This document shows positions 1 through 9,931 of a stretch of 64,000 nt of DNA, piece after piece. This DNA comes from Candidatus Krumholzibacteriota bacterium (lineage in GTDB: Bacteria; Krumholzibacteriota; Krumholzibacteriia; JAJRXK01). Position 1 is the first letter of the stretch, and each line of letters begins with the position of its first letter. Both the position numbers and the translations under genes were made by a program. The stretch covers positions 96,001 to 160,000 of the forward strand of contig CAVSGG010000008.1 in NCBI GenBank assembly GCA_963727455.1, written 5' to 3'. The notes beneath the pieces are model-generated. The model was given only the letters and a program-made list of their open reading frames with translations, did no database searches and was not told where the DNA came from.

Positions 1-744
1 CTGGTTCTGCTCCCACACCGGCAGTCGCGTGTAGGGTTGGTTCACCGCGAAGCTTTCCGCGTCCCCGAAACTCGTGTTCACGTCGAGACCCTGTACGTCC
101 ACTCGGGGGACCATGATCTCGCGGATTTCGGTGTCTCTCAAATCGAAGATGGAACGCACCAGATCGCGCTCCTCCTCTTCCATCTCCACCTCAGCATCCT
201 CGTCGGCCAGGATGGCGCGCAGCTCGCCTCCGCTCAGAGGCGGGGAAATGTCCATTGCTCCCAGTTCGGGTGCCACTCGTGCCACCAAGAACCAGAGCAG
301 ACGGGTGAAGGGCAGAAATACCGCAAGAAGAAGGGAGGCAAGCGGAAGGCTGGCTCGGGCGAACGCCGCGGGACGCGAGAGGGCCACCGACTTGAAAAGC
401 AAGCTGCCCAGGACCAGGAGCGCGAAGAAAGCGATCCAGGCCGGAATCCACAGGACCGGGCTCCAGTCCAGTGCCACCAAGATTCTCCAAAGTAGCGCGG
501 CGGTGAGACAGGCCGCGACGAGATGCGAGGTCGAAAGCGAAAGGAGCAGATCCTTGGAGCGGGAGATGAGACCCCGGATCGGCCGAGGCAAGTCTTCGTC
601 GCCCAGCAGTCCCTCGCGCCGCATCCGCAAAAGCGTGACATAGGAGCTGATCATTCCGGCCGCAAGGAAACAGAGCAAGAGCCCGCTAAAAAAGAGCAAG
701 AGGTCCGATCCGATGAGCCCGTGATCCAGATCGCCTTCGTTCAC
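1..744 (-). CDS. Hemolysin/CNNM (DUF21)-CBS family membrane protein, 3' part outside window
   Basis: Own translation from GTG at 744 (overlaps ybeY stop): MNEGDLDHG..., several hydrophobic helices, then EEEERDLVRSIFDLRDTEIREIMVPRVDV...YTRLPVW, typical of the CorC/TlyC CBS start; frame stays open to the window edge. Confidence 0.85.
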   Translation of the reverse strand, partial: MNEGDLDHGLIGSDLLLFFSGLLLCFLAAGMISSYVTLLRMRREGLLGDEDLPRPIRGLISRSKDLLLSLSTSHLVAACLTAALLWRILVALDWSPVLWIPAWIAFFALLVLGSLLFKSVALSRPAAFARASLPLASLLLAVFLPFTRLLWFLVARVAPELGAMDISPPLSGGELRAILADEDAEVEMEEEERDLVRSIFDLRDTEIREIMVPRVDVQGLDVNTSFGDAESFAVNQPYTRLPVWEQNQ

Positions 745-1271
745 CTACTCGCTCCTCCTTCTGATCCTCCGAGAGGCTCTTCTCGAGGGGCCTTGAGGAT
801 TGTGTCCTGTGCGTCTTCCATCTCCTTGGCATCCTCGGCGTTGATGTGATCGTACCCGAGAGTATGAAGCATGCCGTGGATGGCTAGAAACTGGAATTCC
901 TCGTTGTCATCGTGATCCCGCCGAATATCTCGCTTTTGCATGGTCTCGACGCTGATGAGAACTTGCCCAACCACGATCTGGTCTTCCGGGGACTCCTGGT
1001 TGAATTCGCGCGCTTTTCGTCTTCCCTGCAGCAGATCCTGCCGGTGCTCTTCGTGCCCTTCCAGATACGAGAACGAGAGTACGTCAGTCGGCCGGTCCTT
1101 GTTGCGATAGTCACGATTGAGCTGACGAATTACCTGGTCGTCGGTGAGCACGACTTCCAGTATCCCGTCGGGGGGGCCAAAACCAGCGATGAGTCGACGC
1201 AGTCGGGTCTCTGCTTCAGCGTCTGGTAGCCACGGAGTCTTGTCCCCGTCGACCGCGAGCTCGAGTCTCAA
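741..1271 (-). CDS. ybeY: rRNA maturation endoribonuclease YbeY
   Basis: LNRDYRNKDRPTDVLSF and HGMLHTLGYDH zinc motif; probable TTG start at 1271 after AGGAG; phoH-HD-ybeY-CNNM synteny. Confidence 0.92.
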   Translation of the reverse strand: MRLELAVDGDKTPWLPDAEAETRLRRLIAGFGPPDGILEVVLTDDQVIRQLNRDYRNKDRPTDVLSFSYLEGHEEHRQDLLQGRRKAREFNQESPEDQIVVGQVLISVETMQKRDIRRDHDDNEEFQFLAIHGMLHTLGYDHINAEDAKEMEDAQDTILKAPREEPLGGSEGGASR

Positions 1272-3507
1272 TGCTCTCCTTCTCCTTCTTGTCCTCATGC
1301 TCTTTCTGTCCGGGATAGGCAACCCGTTGGTGATGAATGCCCACCAGGATCGGCACGAACGCCTCACGGACTCGCGCGAGGTCGCGCATAGTCAGATTGC
1401 AGTCGTCGAGCTCGCCCTCTTCCATTCTCCGCTCGAGAATTCCTTTGACCATTTCCCTGATCCGGCTCGGCGTGGGCCGACGCAGCGAGCGAGTGCTCGC
1501 CTCGACACCGTCCGCGAGCATGACGATGGCCGTCTCTTTGGACTGCGGTTTGGGACCGGGATAGCGGAAATCCTCGACTTTTACCGCACCGCCATCATCG
1601 CGTTCGAGCGCCTTGTGGTAGAAATATCGCATCACGCTCGTGCCATGATGCTCGGGAATGAAGTCGGTCACATCCTTGGGTAGGCCCCACTGACGCCCCA
1701 GTTCGACACCATCTTTCACGTGCGCCGCTATGACCAGAGCGCTCATTCGCGGCGACAGGTCGTCGTGAGCGTTGGGCCCACCCTTTTGATTCTCCACGTA
1801 GTAGCGAGGCTTAAGCAGTTTGCCGATGTCGTGGTAATTCGCGCCGACGCGAGTGCGAAGCGAGTTGGCACCGATCGCACGGCTGGCGGCCTCCGCCAGG
1901 GTGCCAACCACTTGGCTGTGGTGGAAAGTACCGGGTGATTCCAGGGCCATCCTGCGCAAGAGGGGATGATTGAGGTCGCTCAGCTCGAGCAGAGTGAGAT
2001 CTGTCGTGATCTCGAAGATGCTCTCGAATACCGGCAAGAGAAAGAGCGCCAGGGCCGTGCTGACGATGCCGCTGCCGATGCCCCACAGAACGGGATGCAC
2101 CCACTCTCTCAGACTGTTGGCCTGACCCAGCTGCAGCGCGCCGACCGAGATCAGATAGCCGATTGAGACCACTCCGATCGCCTTGTAGAATTGGTTGCGA
2201 TTTCTCACTCGCCTCACCATGCGCATCGCGATGGCGCCGGCGACGATCCAAACCAAAAGGGTCGAGGCAGGAATGCTGGGCAGCAGTGCGATGAGAAGAA
2301 CGGAACACAGGAGCATCCTCGCGGCAGGACCCTCGCCGTGCAGAATGGTGGCCAGCATGACCAGCATGACGATGGGGACCGCGATCGGTCCAAAGGTCCC
2401 GCGGCTGATCGCTATCCAAGTAAACAAGAGGTAGAGCACGAGAAGCACGCAGAGCGCGAGGAAACGCCGGTAGTCACTCAACTGCTTCTTGTGTCTCCCG
2501 CTCAAGCTCAAGCACAGCCCGAGCAAGAGGGAGAGCACCAGAATCGCTCGTCCGGTACGCAGTCTCAGAGCTATGCCCTTGTTCGAAGCGAACGCACGCT
2601 CACGGCGCGCCTCTTCGAGTGCAGTGAGTACCGCGAGGTCCTCGCGATTGACTCGCACGCCACTGTCCAGAATTCGCTCGTTGCGCGCGAATTCCCGGTT
2701 CGTGGGCACTTCCGACACCCCGAGGCTTCTCTGCTCTTCGGTACGCGCGTCGTCGTAGGACAAATTGGGGGTCAGCAAGTAGGCCAAGATTGCGGCTACC
2801 GCCGTCTTCTCGTCCGCTCGGCGAAAGAAGGCGCCGGCCTCCTTGCGCGCCGCTTCGCCCTGACGGTAGCCCAAGACCAGGTCATCCACTTCTTCCACCC
2901 GGTCTTCCAGACTGTCCGGATCGATGACGTGGACGAGACTGTAATTGCCCCGCGGAGTGGTATCCACGATTCCGCGTTCCAGCAGCTTGTCGGCTAGGCT
3001 TGCGATCGCATTCGACTTGCTCTCGGTACCACCATTCACCAGCCACCGCAGGTATGGAGCACCGATTCCACGGAACTCGGATTGAAGTACCGTGACTTTC
3101 TTTGCCAGCGTGAGGCTGTCCGAGGCGGCAAGGAACTTGGCCCGAGCCAAAAATCGCACAACTTCTTCCTTCGAGTGTTTTTCCGCCTCGGTCTCTCGCA
3201 AGTAAACCGGCTCGATTCGCCGGGAAGCTTCGAGACGCGCCGCTTCCAATTCCCTGCGCGGCCGGGGCGCGCTAAAAGGAAAGGGGGCGCGAATCTCGTG
3301 CTCGGTGATGTCCCCCACCTCAAGCTTGAGGCTGGGCGCGGTCCGAATGGGTGGAAAGAGCAGAAGATGCAGAGCGGTGATGGCCAATAGAGGTAGACCG
3401 TAGACGAGAACGAGACGGAAGTTCAGCCCTTCGCGCCACCGCTGGGTGTCCGGATCGCGCGCTTCGACCTGCGCACCTTTCCGGAGAGCCTGTCGCCACG
3501 ATCTCAT
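1216..3507 (-). CDS. pgpH: 7TM-HDIG phosphohydrolase (PgpH-like c-di-AMP phosphodiesterase)
   Basis: Extracellular 7TMR-HDED region, multiple TM helices, PGTFHHS...YHDIGK...HHGT...MLADGVEA HD domain. Confidence 0.85.
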   Translation of the reverse strand: MRSWRQALRKGAQVEARDPDTQRWREGLNFRLVLVYGLPLLAITALHLLLFPPIRTAPSLKLEVGDITEHEIRAPFPFSAPRPRRELEAARLEASRRIEPVYLRETEAEKHSKEEVVRFLARAKFLAASDSLTLAKKVTVLQSEFRGIGAPYLRWLVNGGTESKSNAIASLADKLLERGIVDTTPRGNYSLVHVIDPDSLEDRVEEVDDLVLGYRQGEAARKEAGAFFRRADEKTAVAAILAYLLTPNLSYDDARTEEQRSLGVSEVPTNREFARNERILDSGVRVNREDLAVLTALEEARRERAFASNKGIALRLRTGRAILVLSLLLGLCLSLSGRHKKQLSDYRRFLALCVLLVLYLLFTWIAISRGTFGPIAVPIVMLVMLATILHGEGPAARMLLCSVLLIALLPSIPASTLLVWIVAGAIAMRMVRRVRNRNQFYKAIGVVSIGYLISVGALQLGQANSLREWVHPVLWGIGSGIVSTALALFLLPVFESIFEITTDLTLLELSDLNHPLLRRMALESPGTFHHSQVVGTLAEAASRAIGANSLRTRVGANYHDIGKLLKPRYYVENQKGGPNAHDDLSPRMSALVIAAHVKDGVELGRQWGLPKDVTDFIPEHHGTSVMRYFYHKALERDDGGAVKVEDFRYPGPKPQSKETAIVMLADGVEASTRSLRRPTPSRIREMVKGILERRMEEGELDDCNLTMRDLARVREAFVPILVGIHHQRVAYPGQKEHEDKKEKESIETRARGRRGQDSVATRR

Positions 3508-4493
3508 TGCGGACCCTCCGCACCGCTGGCCTTGTCGCCACGTCCGTTCGAAGCCGCGTTCTCCTCGAAGGCGGCCACGATGCGGCGTACCAGAGGATGG
3601 CGCACCACGTCTCGTTCGTCGAGGTCGATGAAGCTCACTCCAGCTACGTCCTTGATGATGGAACGAACCCTCACGAGCCCGCTGGCTTCGGGCTGGGTGA
3701 TATCGATCTGCGTGATGTCACCGGTAACGATGGCGCGGGTCCCTTCACCGATGCGCGTGAGAAACATCTTCATCTGGCCCAAAGTCGTATTCTGTCCCTC
3801 GTCCAAGATGACGAAAGCGTGATTCAAGGTTCGGCCCCGCATGTAGGCCAGAGGGGCGACCTCTATGGTCCCGTTGGCCAGCAAGCGTGTCAGGCGCGAG
3901 GTGCCGAGACACTCGCTCAAGGCATCGTGCAGGGGGCGCAGATACGGATCTACCTTCTCCTGCAGATCGCCCGGCAAAAAGCCGAGCTGTTCCCCCGCCT
4001 CCACCGCCGGACGCACGAGGAAGATCCTCTCCACCTCTCGGTTCTGCAGGGCCATGAGCGCAAGCACCACGGCGAGGTAGGTCTTTCCCGTTCCGGCCGG
4101 CCCCACCGCGAAGACGACGTCGTGATGTCGAACTGCCTCGAGGTAACGCGCCTGACCCCGAGTGCGCGCATGAATGATGACGCGCTGCTTCCCGTTCAGG
4201 TGAATACCCTCGGCTGCCGCGCCGCGCAGCTTCGGAGCCTCTCCCGCCAGGATCCGATCGATGCTCTCGGGGTCGATGCGCCGGCCCTCCTGGGCCCAAC
4301 GCAAAACTTCGCCCATGGCCTTCTCCATGGCGTCGACGCGCTCGGGTTCACCTTGGAGGATGAGGGTGTCGCCGCGCACCACGAGAGTGCCTTCGAAACG
4401 CTCTTCTAGACGTCGCAGATTGGCGTCTTGGTGGCCCAGGAAATCGAGGAGGTCCAGGCCCTTCAAGGAAATGGTGGTTCGCTTCTCGTTCAT
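3504..4493 (-). CDS. phoH: PhoH family ATPase
   Basis: GPAGTGKT Walker A, RPAVEAGE, LAYMRGRTL, ILDEGQN; start trimmed to MNEKRTT. Confidence 0.93.
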   Translation of the reverse strand: MNEKRTTISLKGLDLLDFLGHQDANLRRLEERFEGTLVVRGDTLILQGEPERVDAMEKAMGEVLRWAQEGRRIDPESIDRILAGEAPKLRGAAAEGIHLNGKQRVIIHARTRGQARYLEAVRHHDVVFAVGPAGTGKTYLAVVLALMALQNREVERIFLVRPAVEAGEQLGFLPGDLQEKVDPYLRPLHDALSECLGTSRLTRLLANGTIEVAPLAYMRGRTLNHAFVILDEGQNTTLGQMKMFLTRIGEGTRAIVTGDITQIDITQPEASGLVRVRSIIKDVAGVSFIDLDERDVVRHPLVRRIVAAFEENAASNGRGDKASGAEGPQ

Positions 4494-4663
4494 CGAGGGC
4501 GGCGCCGCGGCAAATGGGGAACTCCAAAAGGCCCGGTTTCGGGCGCTGGCGATCGTCCGAGGAGTCCCTGGCTGAAATCTATCCCAGTTCCCAGGGCCCT
4601 GCAAGCTACCAGGCAGCAGGGTACGTGCCGAGAAGACCCCTCTTGCGGCGCGAAGATGACGAA

Positions 4664-4689
4664 GCGCCCCCGGCTCTTGCCGGGGGCGC
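4664..4689 (-). terminator. Hairpin downstream of the LysM gene
   Basis: GCGCCCCCGGC-AAGA-GCCGGGGGCGC perfect 11-bp stem with a weak U tract. Confidence 0.6.
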
Positions 4690-4720
4690 CCAGGACGCAT
4701 GGAGCGAGCGAGCTCAGTGG

Positions 4721-5419
4721 CTAGTCGCGCGGAATCCGCAGCTTCCAGCCGGGCCAGATGATGTCGGGATCGCTAATTTGATCCTTGTTGGCCTCGTAGA
4801 GCTTGGTCCACTGCGCGGGATCGTTATAGACCTCCCAATACCAGGCAATCTTGCCCAGATATTCGTCCGGCTGCACAGTCCAAGTGCTAGGCCAGTCGCG
4901 AGGGATGGTCAATTCCCAGCCAGGGTAGATCAGGTTGGGATCCTCGATCTTGTCCTTGTTGGCACGGTAGATCCGTGGCCACTTCAGGGGATCCGCATAG
5001 ATATCGTCCATGGCCGAGATGCCGTAAAGGAATTCTCCGTCTTTCACGGTCCAGACCTTCGGCAGGTTCTCGTAGTAGTCGATCTCCTTCTGCACCGCGT
5101 CGATGTCAGATTTCTTCTGGCTGTACTGATCCTCGAGCTTCTTGATGTCGGCGTCCAGCGAAGCAGTCTGAGCCTTGAGCTTCTGCGTTTCGCCGCTCAC
5201 TTCCTGCGACTTCTGCCCGAGGTTTGCGAGCTCCTGATCCAGAGAGGCGCAGTAATCGGAGTACTGATCCTTGCTCAGCTTCTGCACCTCTTCGGGGGTG
5301 TAGTAATCGCCGGCCGTGACGTCGACCTGGCGGTCGACACCCGAAGAGCAAGCGGTGAGTGCCATGAGTCCGACAGCGACCAGGGAGAGCCCAGCGCGGC
5401 GGATGATCTGCTGCTTCAT
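4721..5419 (-). CDS. Lipoprotein with coiled coil and two LysM domains
   Basis: Lipobox LTAC; coiled coil; two tandem LysM-like repeats ending IYPGWELTIPRD and IWPGWKLRIPRD. Confidence 0.85.
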   Translation of the reverse strand: MKQQIIRRAGLSLVAVGLMALTACSSGVDRQVDVTAGDYYTPEEVQKLSKDQYSDYCASLDQELANLGQKSQEVSGETQKLKAQTASLDADIKKLEDQYSQKKSDIDAVQKEIDYYENLPKVWTVKDGEFLYGISAMDDIYADPLKWPRIYRANKDKIEDPNLIYPGWELTIPRDWPSTWTVQPDEYLGKIAWYWEVYNDPAQWTKLYEANKDQISDPDIIWPGWKLRIPRD

Positions 5420-5446
5420 GTTGATCATTCCTTTCCGGCTTGGGGC

Positions 5447-5725
5447 CTAGCGGCCGCTGCCCTTCTTGAGTGTATCCAGGTGCTCGTCCAACTCACTCTT
5501 GTCGGGCAAGTTCTCGAGCTTCTTCTGAAGATCCGCCTGCTTGGTCTTCTCCGTCTCCAGCTGGGCCTTCGCGGAGTCCAACTGTCCTTGTGCCGTCTGC
5601 AGCTCCGAGCGAGCGCTCTCGATTTGCGACGGATCCGTCGCACAGGGTTGGTTCTTGGAGCAACCCGTGACAAAAAGCGCCAAACCGATCGTGCAAACGG
5701 TGACGAGCCTGATGATGTTCTTCAA
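5447..5725 (-). CDS. Small coiled-coil lipoprotein
   Basis: GGAGG RBS before TTG at 5725; signal peptide with lipobox VTGC; heptad-rich mature region. Confidence 0.75.
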   Translation of the reverse strand: MKNIIRLVTVCTIGLALFVTGCSKNQPCATDPSQIESARSELQTAQGQLDSAKAQLETEKTKQADLQKKLENLPDKSELDEHLDTLKKGSGR

Positions 5726-5836
5726 GCCCGCTGCACCTCCTCTCGCGCCACTTCGTTTCGAGGGCGCAAACGTTGGATCCCGACAAAACGCCCCAATCGC
5801 GTCCTGACGGTGATCGTTCTTCACGATTTCCTCGCC

Positions 5837-5864
5837 AACATAACCTCAGCGGGAATAGTGTCAA
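5837..5864 (-). promoter_or_regulatory. Sigma70-type promoter for the lipoprotein pair
   Basis: TTGACA-N16-TATGTT. Confidence 0.6.
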
Positions 5865-7663
5865 GCACTATTGGTGCCGTTTTCCGAGCCACTTTCCGTC
5901 GGAAGTGTCAGTTTCAAGCCCAGTTCTGCCAATTGACGGTCCGAGATCCTCGAAGGCGCACCGTCGAGCGGGTTGGCCGCGATGGTGGTCTTGGGAAATG
6001 CGATGACCTCGCGAATGCTCCGTCCGCCGACCAGCATGGTCACGATTCGGTCGAGCCCCAGAGCGATTCCCCCATGCGGTGGGGCCCCGTACTCGAGCGC
6101 TCGCAAAAACCAGCCGAACTTTCGCTGGGCCTCTTCCTTGGAAATGCCGCACACCGAGAGGACCCTTTCCTGCAGCTCGCGCTGGTGAATCCGAATGCTT
6201 CCGCTGCCCAGTTCCACGCCGTTACAGACCAGATCGTAGAGCCTGGCGTACACGCTCCCCGGATCGCTCTCCAAGACCTCGAGGTCCTGCTCGCGCGGCA
6301 TGGTGAACATGTGATGCATGGCAGTCCAGCCGCCGCTCTCCTCGTCCTTCTCGAAGAGGGGAAAGTCATGGACCCAGCAGAATTCGAACTCCTCGCCTTC
6401 TCGCAAGCCCAAGCGTTCTGCAACTTCAAGCCGCAGCTGACCCAAAATGCGATTCGCACGCGACCGTGTGTCCGCTACGAAGAGAATGAGATCCCCCGGC
6501 CGCGCACCCGCGTCCTCGGCCAAGCTCTGCAGAGCATCGCTCGTAAAGAACTTGGCGAAAGAACCGCTCAATCCCTCCTCGCCCCACTTCAGGTAGGCCA
6601 GCCCTTTCCCGCCGAACTTGCGCGCGATCTCCTCTAGTTCGCCAATGTCCTTACGCGAGCTCGTGGCCAAGCTCGGTGCGACCACGGCCTTTACTCTTCC
6701 GCCCTCCGCCACCACTTTCGAGAAGACCTTGAACTCGCCGGCAGCGGCTTGCTCGCTGAGATCTACCAAGGGCAGCTCGAATCGCAAGTCGGGTTTGTCC
6801 GAACCGTATACGTCCATCGCTTCATCGAAACTCAGTCGCGGAAAGGGAGTCTGAACCTCCCTTCCCAACGCGCGCCCCACGATGCTGGTCATCAGTCCCT
6901 CGACCAGGGAGTAAATTCTCTCTTCGTCGATGAAGCTCATCTCCAGATCGATCTGGGTGTGCTCGGGTTGTCTGTCCGCGCGAAGGTCCTCGTCGCGGAG
7001 ACAGCGCGCGAGTTGGAAATAGCGATCCACTCCGCTGATCATGAGCGTCTGCTTGTAGAGCTGCGGACTCTGGGGGAGCGCGTAGAACTTGCCGGGATGA
7101 ACGCGACTGGGAACGACGTAGTCGCGCGCGCCCTCTGGCGTGGTCTGAATCAAGAGAGGCGTTTCGACTTCCAGAAAGCCCTCATCTGAGAGAAACTCGC
7201 GCGTTGCGCGGGCCACCTCGTGGCGAATCCGTAGGTTGCGCTGCATCTCGGGCATGCGCAGGTGAAGATAGCGGTGTTTGAGAATGAGCTCCTCGCCCGC
7301 GCCTTCAATTTGCTCGGGTTGGAAGGGTAGGACCGCGCAGCGGTTCAAGAGCTCCAAGCGCTCGGCCACTACCTCGATTCCCCCGGTGTGCATCTGGGGA
7401 TTGATCATGTCGTCGGGCCGTGCGCGGACGGAACCCTTCACCGCCACCACGTCCTCCTGGCGCAGAGACTGCGCCCTCTCGTGCATCGCTTCATCTTGCG
7501 GGCCGAAGACCACTTGGGTCACCCCGTAGCGATCTCGCAGATCGACGAACACAAGCCCCCCGTGGTCACGCCGCGAAGACACCCAACCATTGAGGGTGAC
7601 CCCTTGTCCGACTTGAGCCGGAGTCAGTTCCCCGCAGGTGTGACTGCGCCTGAGCCCTTTCAT
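5861..7663 (-). CDS. aspS: Aspartate--tRNA ligase
   Basis: RSHTCG, RRDHGG, LPQSPQLYKQ, RDEDLRADRQPE, GAPPHGGIALGLDR. Confidence 0.97.
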   Translation of the reverse strand: MKGLRRSHTCGELTPAQVGQGVTLNGWVSSRRDHGGLVFVDLRDRYGVTQVVFGPQDEAMHERAQSLRQEDVVAVKGSVRARPDDMINPQMHTGGIEVVAERLELLNRCAVLPFQPEQIEGAGEELILKHRYLHLRMPEMQRNLRIRHEVARATREFLSDEGFLEVETPLLIQTTPEGARDYVVPSRVHPGKFYALPQSPQLYKQTLMISGVDRYFQLARCLRDEDLRADRQPEHTQIDLEMSFIDEERIYSLVEGLMTSIVGRALGREVQTPFPRLSFDEAMDVYGSDKPDLRFELPLVDLSEQAAAGEFKVFSKVVAEGGRVKAVVAPSLATSSRKDIGELEEIARKFGGKGLAYLKWGEEGLSGSFAKFFTSDALQSLAEDAGARPGDLILFVADTRSRANRILGQLRLEVAERLGLREGEEFEFCWVHDFPLFEKDEESGGWTAMHHMFTMPREQDLEVLESDPGSVYARLYDLVCNGVELGSGSIRIHQRELQERVLSVCGISKEEAQRKFGWFLRALEYGAPPHGGIALGLDRIVTMLVGGRSIREVIAFPKTTIAANPLDGAPSRISDRQLAELGLKLTLPTESGSENGTNSA

Positions 7664-8094
7664 GAATTCACTCCTCTATCCGTTTCGACACCTGCGCCTG
7701 CGCCTACCCGCATGCGGCCAGTCAGAGCATAGTACACGATGGCGATCAGGCCTCCCGCCGAACTTCCTACGAGGTCGGCCGCGTAGTCCGTGAGAGAGGT
7801 CGTGCGCCCGGGAATCAGCCGCTGGTAATTCTCATCCACTGCTCCCATGAAGATCACGACCAGAATCACCCAGATCCAAGCTCCAAGAGGGCTCTTGCCC
7901 TGCGCTCGGAAAAGGCGAAAGGAGAGAAAGCCCAAAATCGAGTACTCGATGCCATGGGCCAAATAGTCCTTCACGGAAAAGCCGACCTTCTGCAGGGTCG
8001 GCTCGGGAATCGAAGATACGGCCAGAATCACCGCCATCCAGATGATGAGCGGGATTCGGTAGTGGAGGGTAGAAGTCGCGTTTCCTGCTGTCAA
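7660..8094 (-). CDS. VanZ family membrane protein
   Basis: SSIP, DYLAHGIEYSILG, DENYQRLIPGRTTSLTD pattern; hydrophobic. Confidence 0.8.
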   Translation of the reverse strand: MTAGNATSTLHYRIPLIIWMAVILAVSSIPEPTLQKVGFSVKDYLAHGIEYSILGFLSFRLFRAQGKSPLGAWIWVILVVIFMGAVDENYQRLIPGRTTSLTDYAADLVGSSAGGLIAIVYYALTGRMRVGAGAGVETDRGVNS

Positions 8095-8112
8095 GACGGC
8101 CCGCCAATGCGC

Positions 8113-8976
8113 TCAAGGACGCAGGTTGGGAAAGGGACGGTCCGGCACGAAGCCGTCGATCCCCAGGAGCGCCAGCCCACTCAACGCGAGCGCGGCGGGC
8201 ATGTGCTTATTGTCGAAGCGGAAGGCGTCCAGATTCAGAGCTGCCGAACGCAAACTCCTGCGCGCGGCATTGGAGATGCTCGGTGCGGCGGCGAGAACGA
8301 TTCCACCCCCGGGCGGACCGGCCGGACCGAAGCTGAAGCGCTTCGGGTCGATGATACCATCCTCGATGGCACGCCGCAGATCACTCTCTCTCACGATGGC
8401 CAGGTCGTAGCCCCCGTGGGCCAGGGCGCAGAGCGCCTCCTCGTGATCGTAGACGTCATGGCCGCTCGCTACCTCGGAGAAGCCGGAGTCCAAGGGATGG
8501 CCGTGATCCGCCAGGTATTTGCTCGCGCCCTTGCCACCCATCCACGACCAGGAGTCCCCCAGGATCAACCGTGGCTTGGCAAGCTCGAACCAACGCTTGC
8601 CCTGAGGGAATACCAGATAGGGCCGCTCGTAGGCTGCATCCAGGCCCGGGCCTTTGGCGCGCGCGAGGATTTCAAAGCCCGTCGAATCCGCGAGGAGGGT
8701 AGCCGGCAGCAGGAAGAGCCGCGCCTTGGAGAGTTCCCCGGGCAGCTCGGAGGCCGTGACCACCTTGGGCACCACGCTACGCCTCAGCTGTTGCGAGAGG
8801 TATTCGCAGAGCGGCTTCACCGCGCGTAGGGTGCGCGTTCGCCCTCCACCTTCCAGCACAGTGAGTTGCACCGATCCCGGCAGCTGAGGATCGTGCCAGG
8901 GCAAGAAAGTACTGAGCGCCGCAATTACCACGAGTCCGAAAATGACCCAAGTTCCCACTTCGCCGACTCGCTTCAT
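8113..8976 (-). CDS. PhnD-like periplasmic binding fold protein (orphan)
   Basis: N-terminal TM; PLCEYLSQQLRRSV, HEEALCALAHGGYDLAIV resemble the PhnD/phosphonate SBP family; no ABC partners adjacent. Confidence 0.55.
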   Translation of the reverse strand: MKRVGEVGTWVIFGLVVIAALSTFLPWHDPQLPGSVQLTVLEGGGRTRTLRAVKPLCEYLSQQLRRSVVPKVVTASELPGELSKARLFLLPATLLADSTGFEILARAKGPGLDAAYERPYLVFPQGKRWFELAKPRLILGDSWSWMGGKGASKYLADHGHPLDSGFSEVASGHDVYDHEEALCALAHGGYDLAIVRESDLRRAIEDGIIDPKRFSFGPAGPPGGGIVLAAAPSISNAARRSLRSAALNLDAFRFDNKHMPAALALSGLALLGIDGFVPDRPFPNLRP

Positions 8977-9899
8977 TGCTTGCCGTTCCCCCCATCGACG
9001 ATTACCTGGAAACTGGGAGGGTCGACCGTGGTGGAGATGACTCCATCGGGTACTTTGACCTTGGGTTCGATCTGATACACTCCACCTTTCGCTTCTTCGA
9101 AGTGCACTACGACACTGAGGTCCTTCTGGGTGATCGCGGCGAGAAGGTGCGCCGGGCCCTTCAGCCGAAGCTTGGCGGTTCGCGGCTGCACGTATACGCG
9201 TGAGGTGTCCACCTGGTCGCTCACCACGCCAATGGGCACGTTGATGAAGCTACGGTCGATGATCTCGTCGATGGCGACGGAGACGTCGGCTTCCACCGGT
9301 AGGAGCACGAGGTCGGCATCGGGGCTGACCAAACGTACGGTTTCACGGAATGAGCGGCGCCGCTTGGAAATCTTGAGCGGCTGTGTATTGACGTGATCGA
9401 GCGAAGCCACCAAGGGAGCCGCACCTTCCACTTTCACTTGTGGTGGGGTCGCTTCCGGCTTCCCGGCCAGAATCAATCCCTCGTCCAGCTTACCGGACAA
9501 AACGACTCGAACCGGAACCGAGGCTTGCGCCTTGGGATAGATCCTGAGGTGCAGCGCGGTGGGGCTCTCGACCGAGAGCGGCGTGCCCCCGTCGACCACC
9601 TCCCGCACCGAGATGTCGTGGTGAAATTCGCCAACGCTCACCGAGGAGAGATCGACCTCCACCTTGCCCCGGCCCTTGTTCAGAAGATCGTGGAGCAGAC
9701 GTTCCAATTTCGATTCTCGGAGCCTTACCCAGATCACTTCTGGCGCCTTGGAGGCCCGAATCGCCAAACTGTCCGGCAAACCGGTAAGTTCCAGAGGCAA
9801 TTCCACGACCTTCTCCACGTCCTGCTGGGCCGCGGCCTGCGCCCAAAGCACGAGGGCAAGGAGCACGCAAACGATTTTGACACTGAGGTTACGGGTCAT
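8973..9899 (-). CDS. CdaR/YbbR-like domain protein
   Basis: N-terminal NLSVKIVCVLLALVLW anchor and three YbbR-like repeats (PPQVKVEGA, PRTAKLRLKGP). Confidence 0.8.
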   Translation of the reverse strand: MTRNLSVKIVCVLLALVLWAQAAAQQDVEKVVELPLELTGLPDSLAIRASKAPEVIWVRLRESKLERLLHDLLNKGRGKVEVDLSSVSVGEFHHDISVREVVDGGTPLSVESPTALHLRIYPKAQASVPVRVVLSGKLDEGLILAGKPEATPPQVKVEGAAPLVASLDHVNTQPLKISKRRRSFRETVRLVSPDADLVLLPVEADVSVAIDEIIDRSFINVPIGVVSDQVDTSRVYVQPRTAKLRLKGPAHLLAAITQKDLSVVVHFEEAKGGVYQIEPKVKVPDGVISTTVDPPSFQVIVDGGNGKQ

Positions 9900-9931
9900 G
9901 TCTGCATGACCTCAACGCGAAGTACGGTCTA

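Noticed and set aside
4514-6637. 707-aa plus-strand ORF and similar long antisense ORFs (13546-14748, 17523-18779, 22139-23314, 58247-59794, 60025-61059)
   Set aside because: Shadow frames opposite clear genes, expected from high-GC codon bias.
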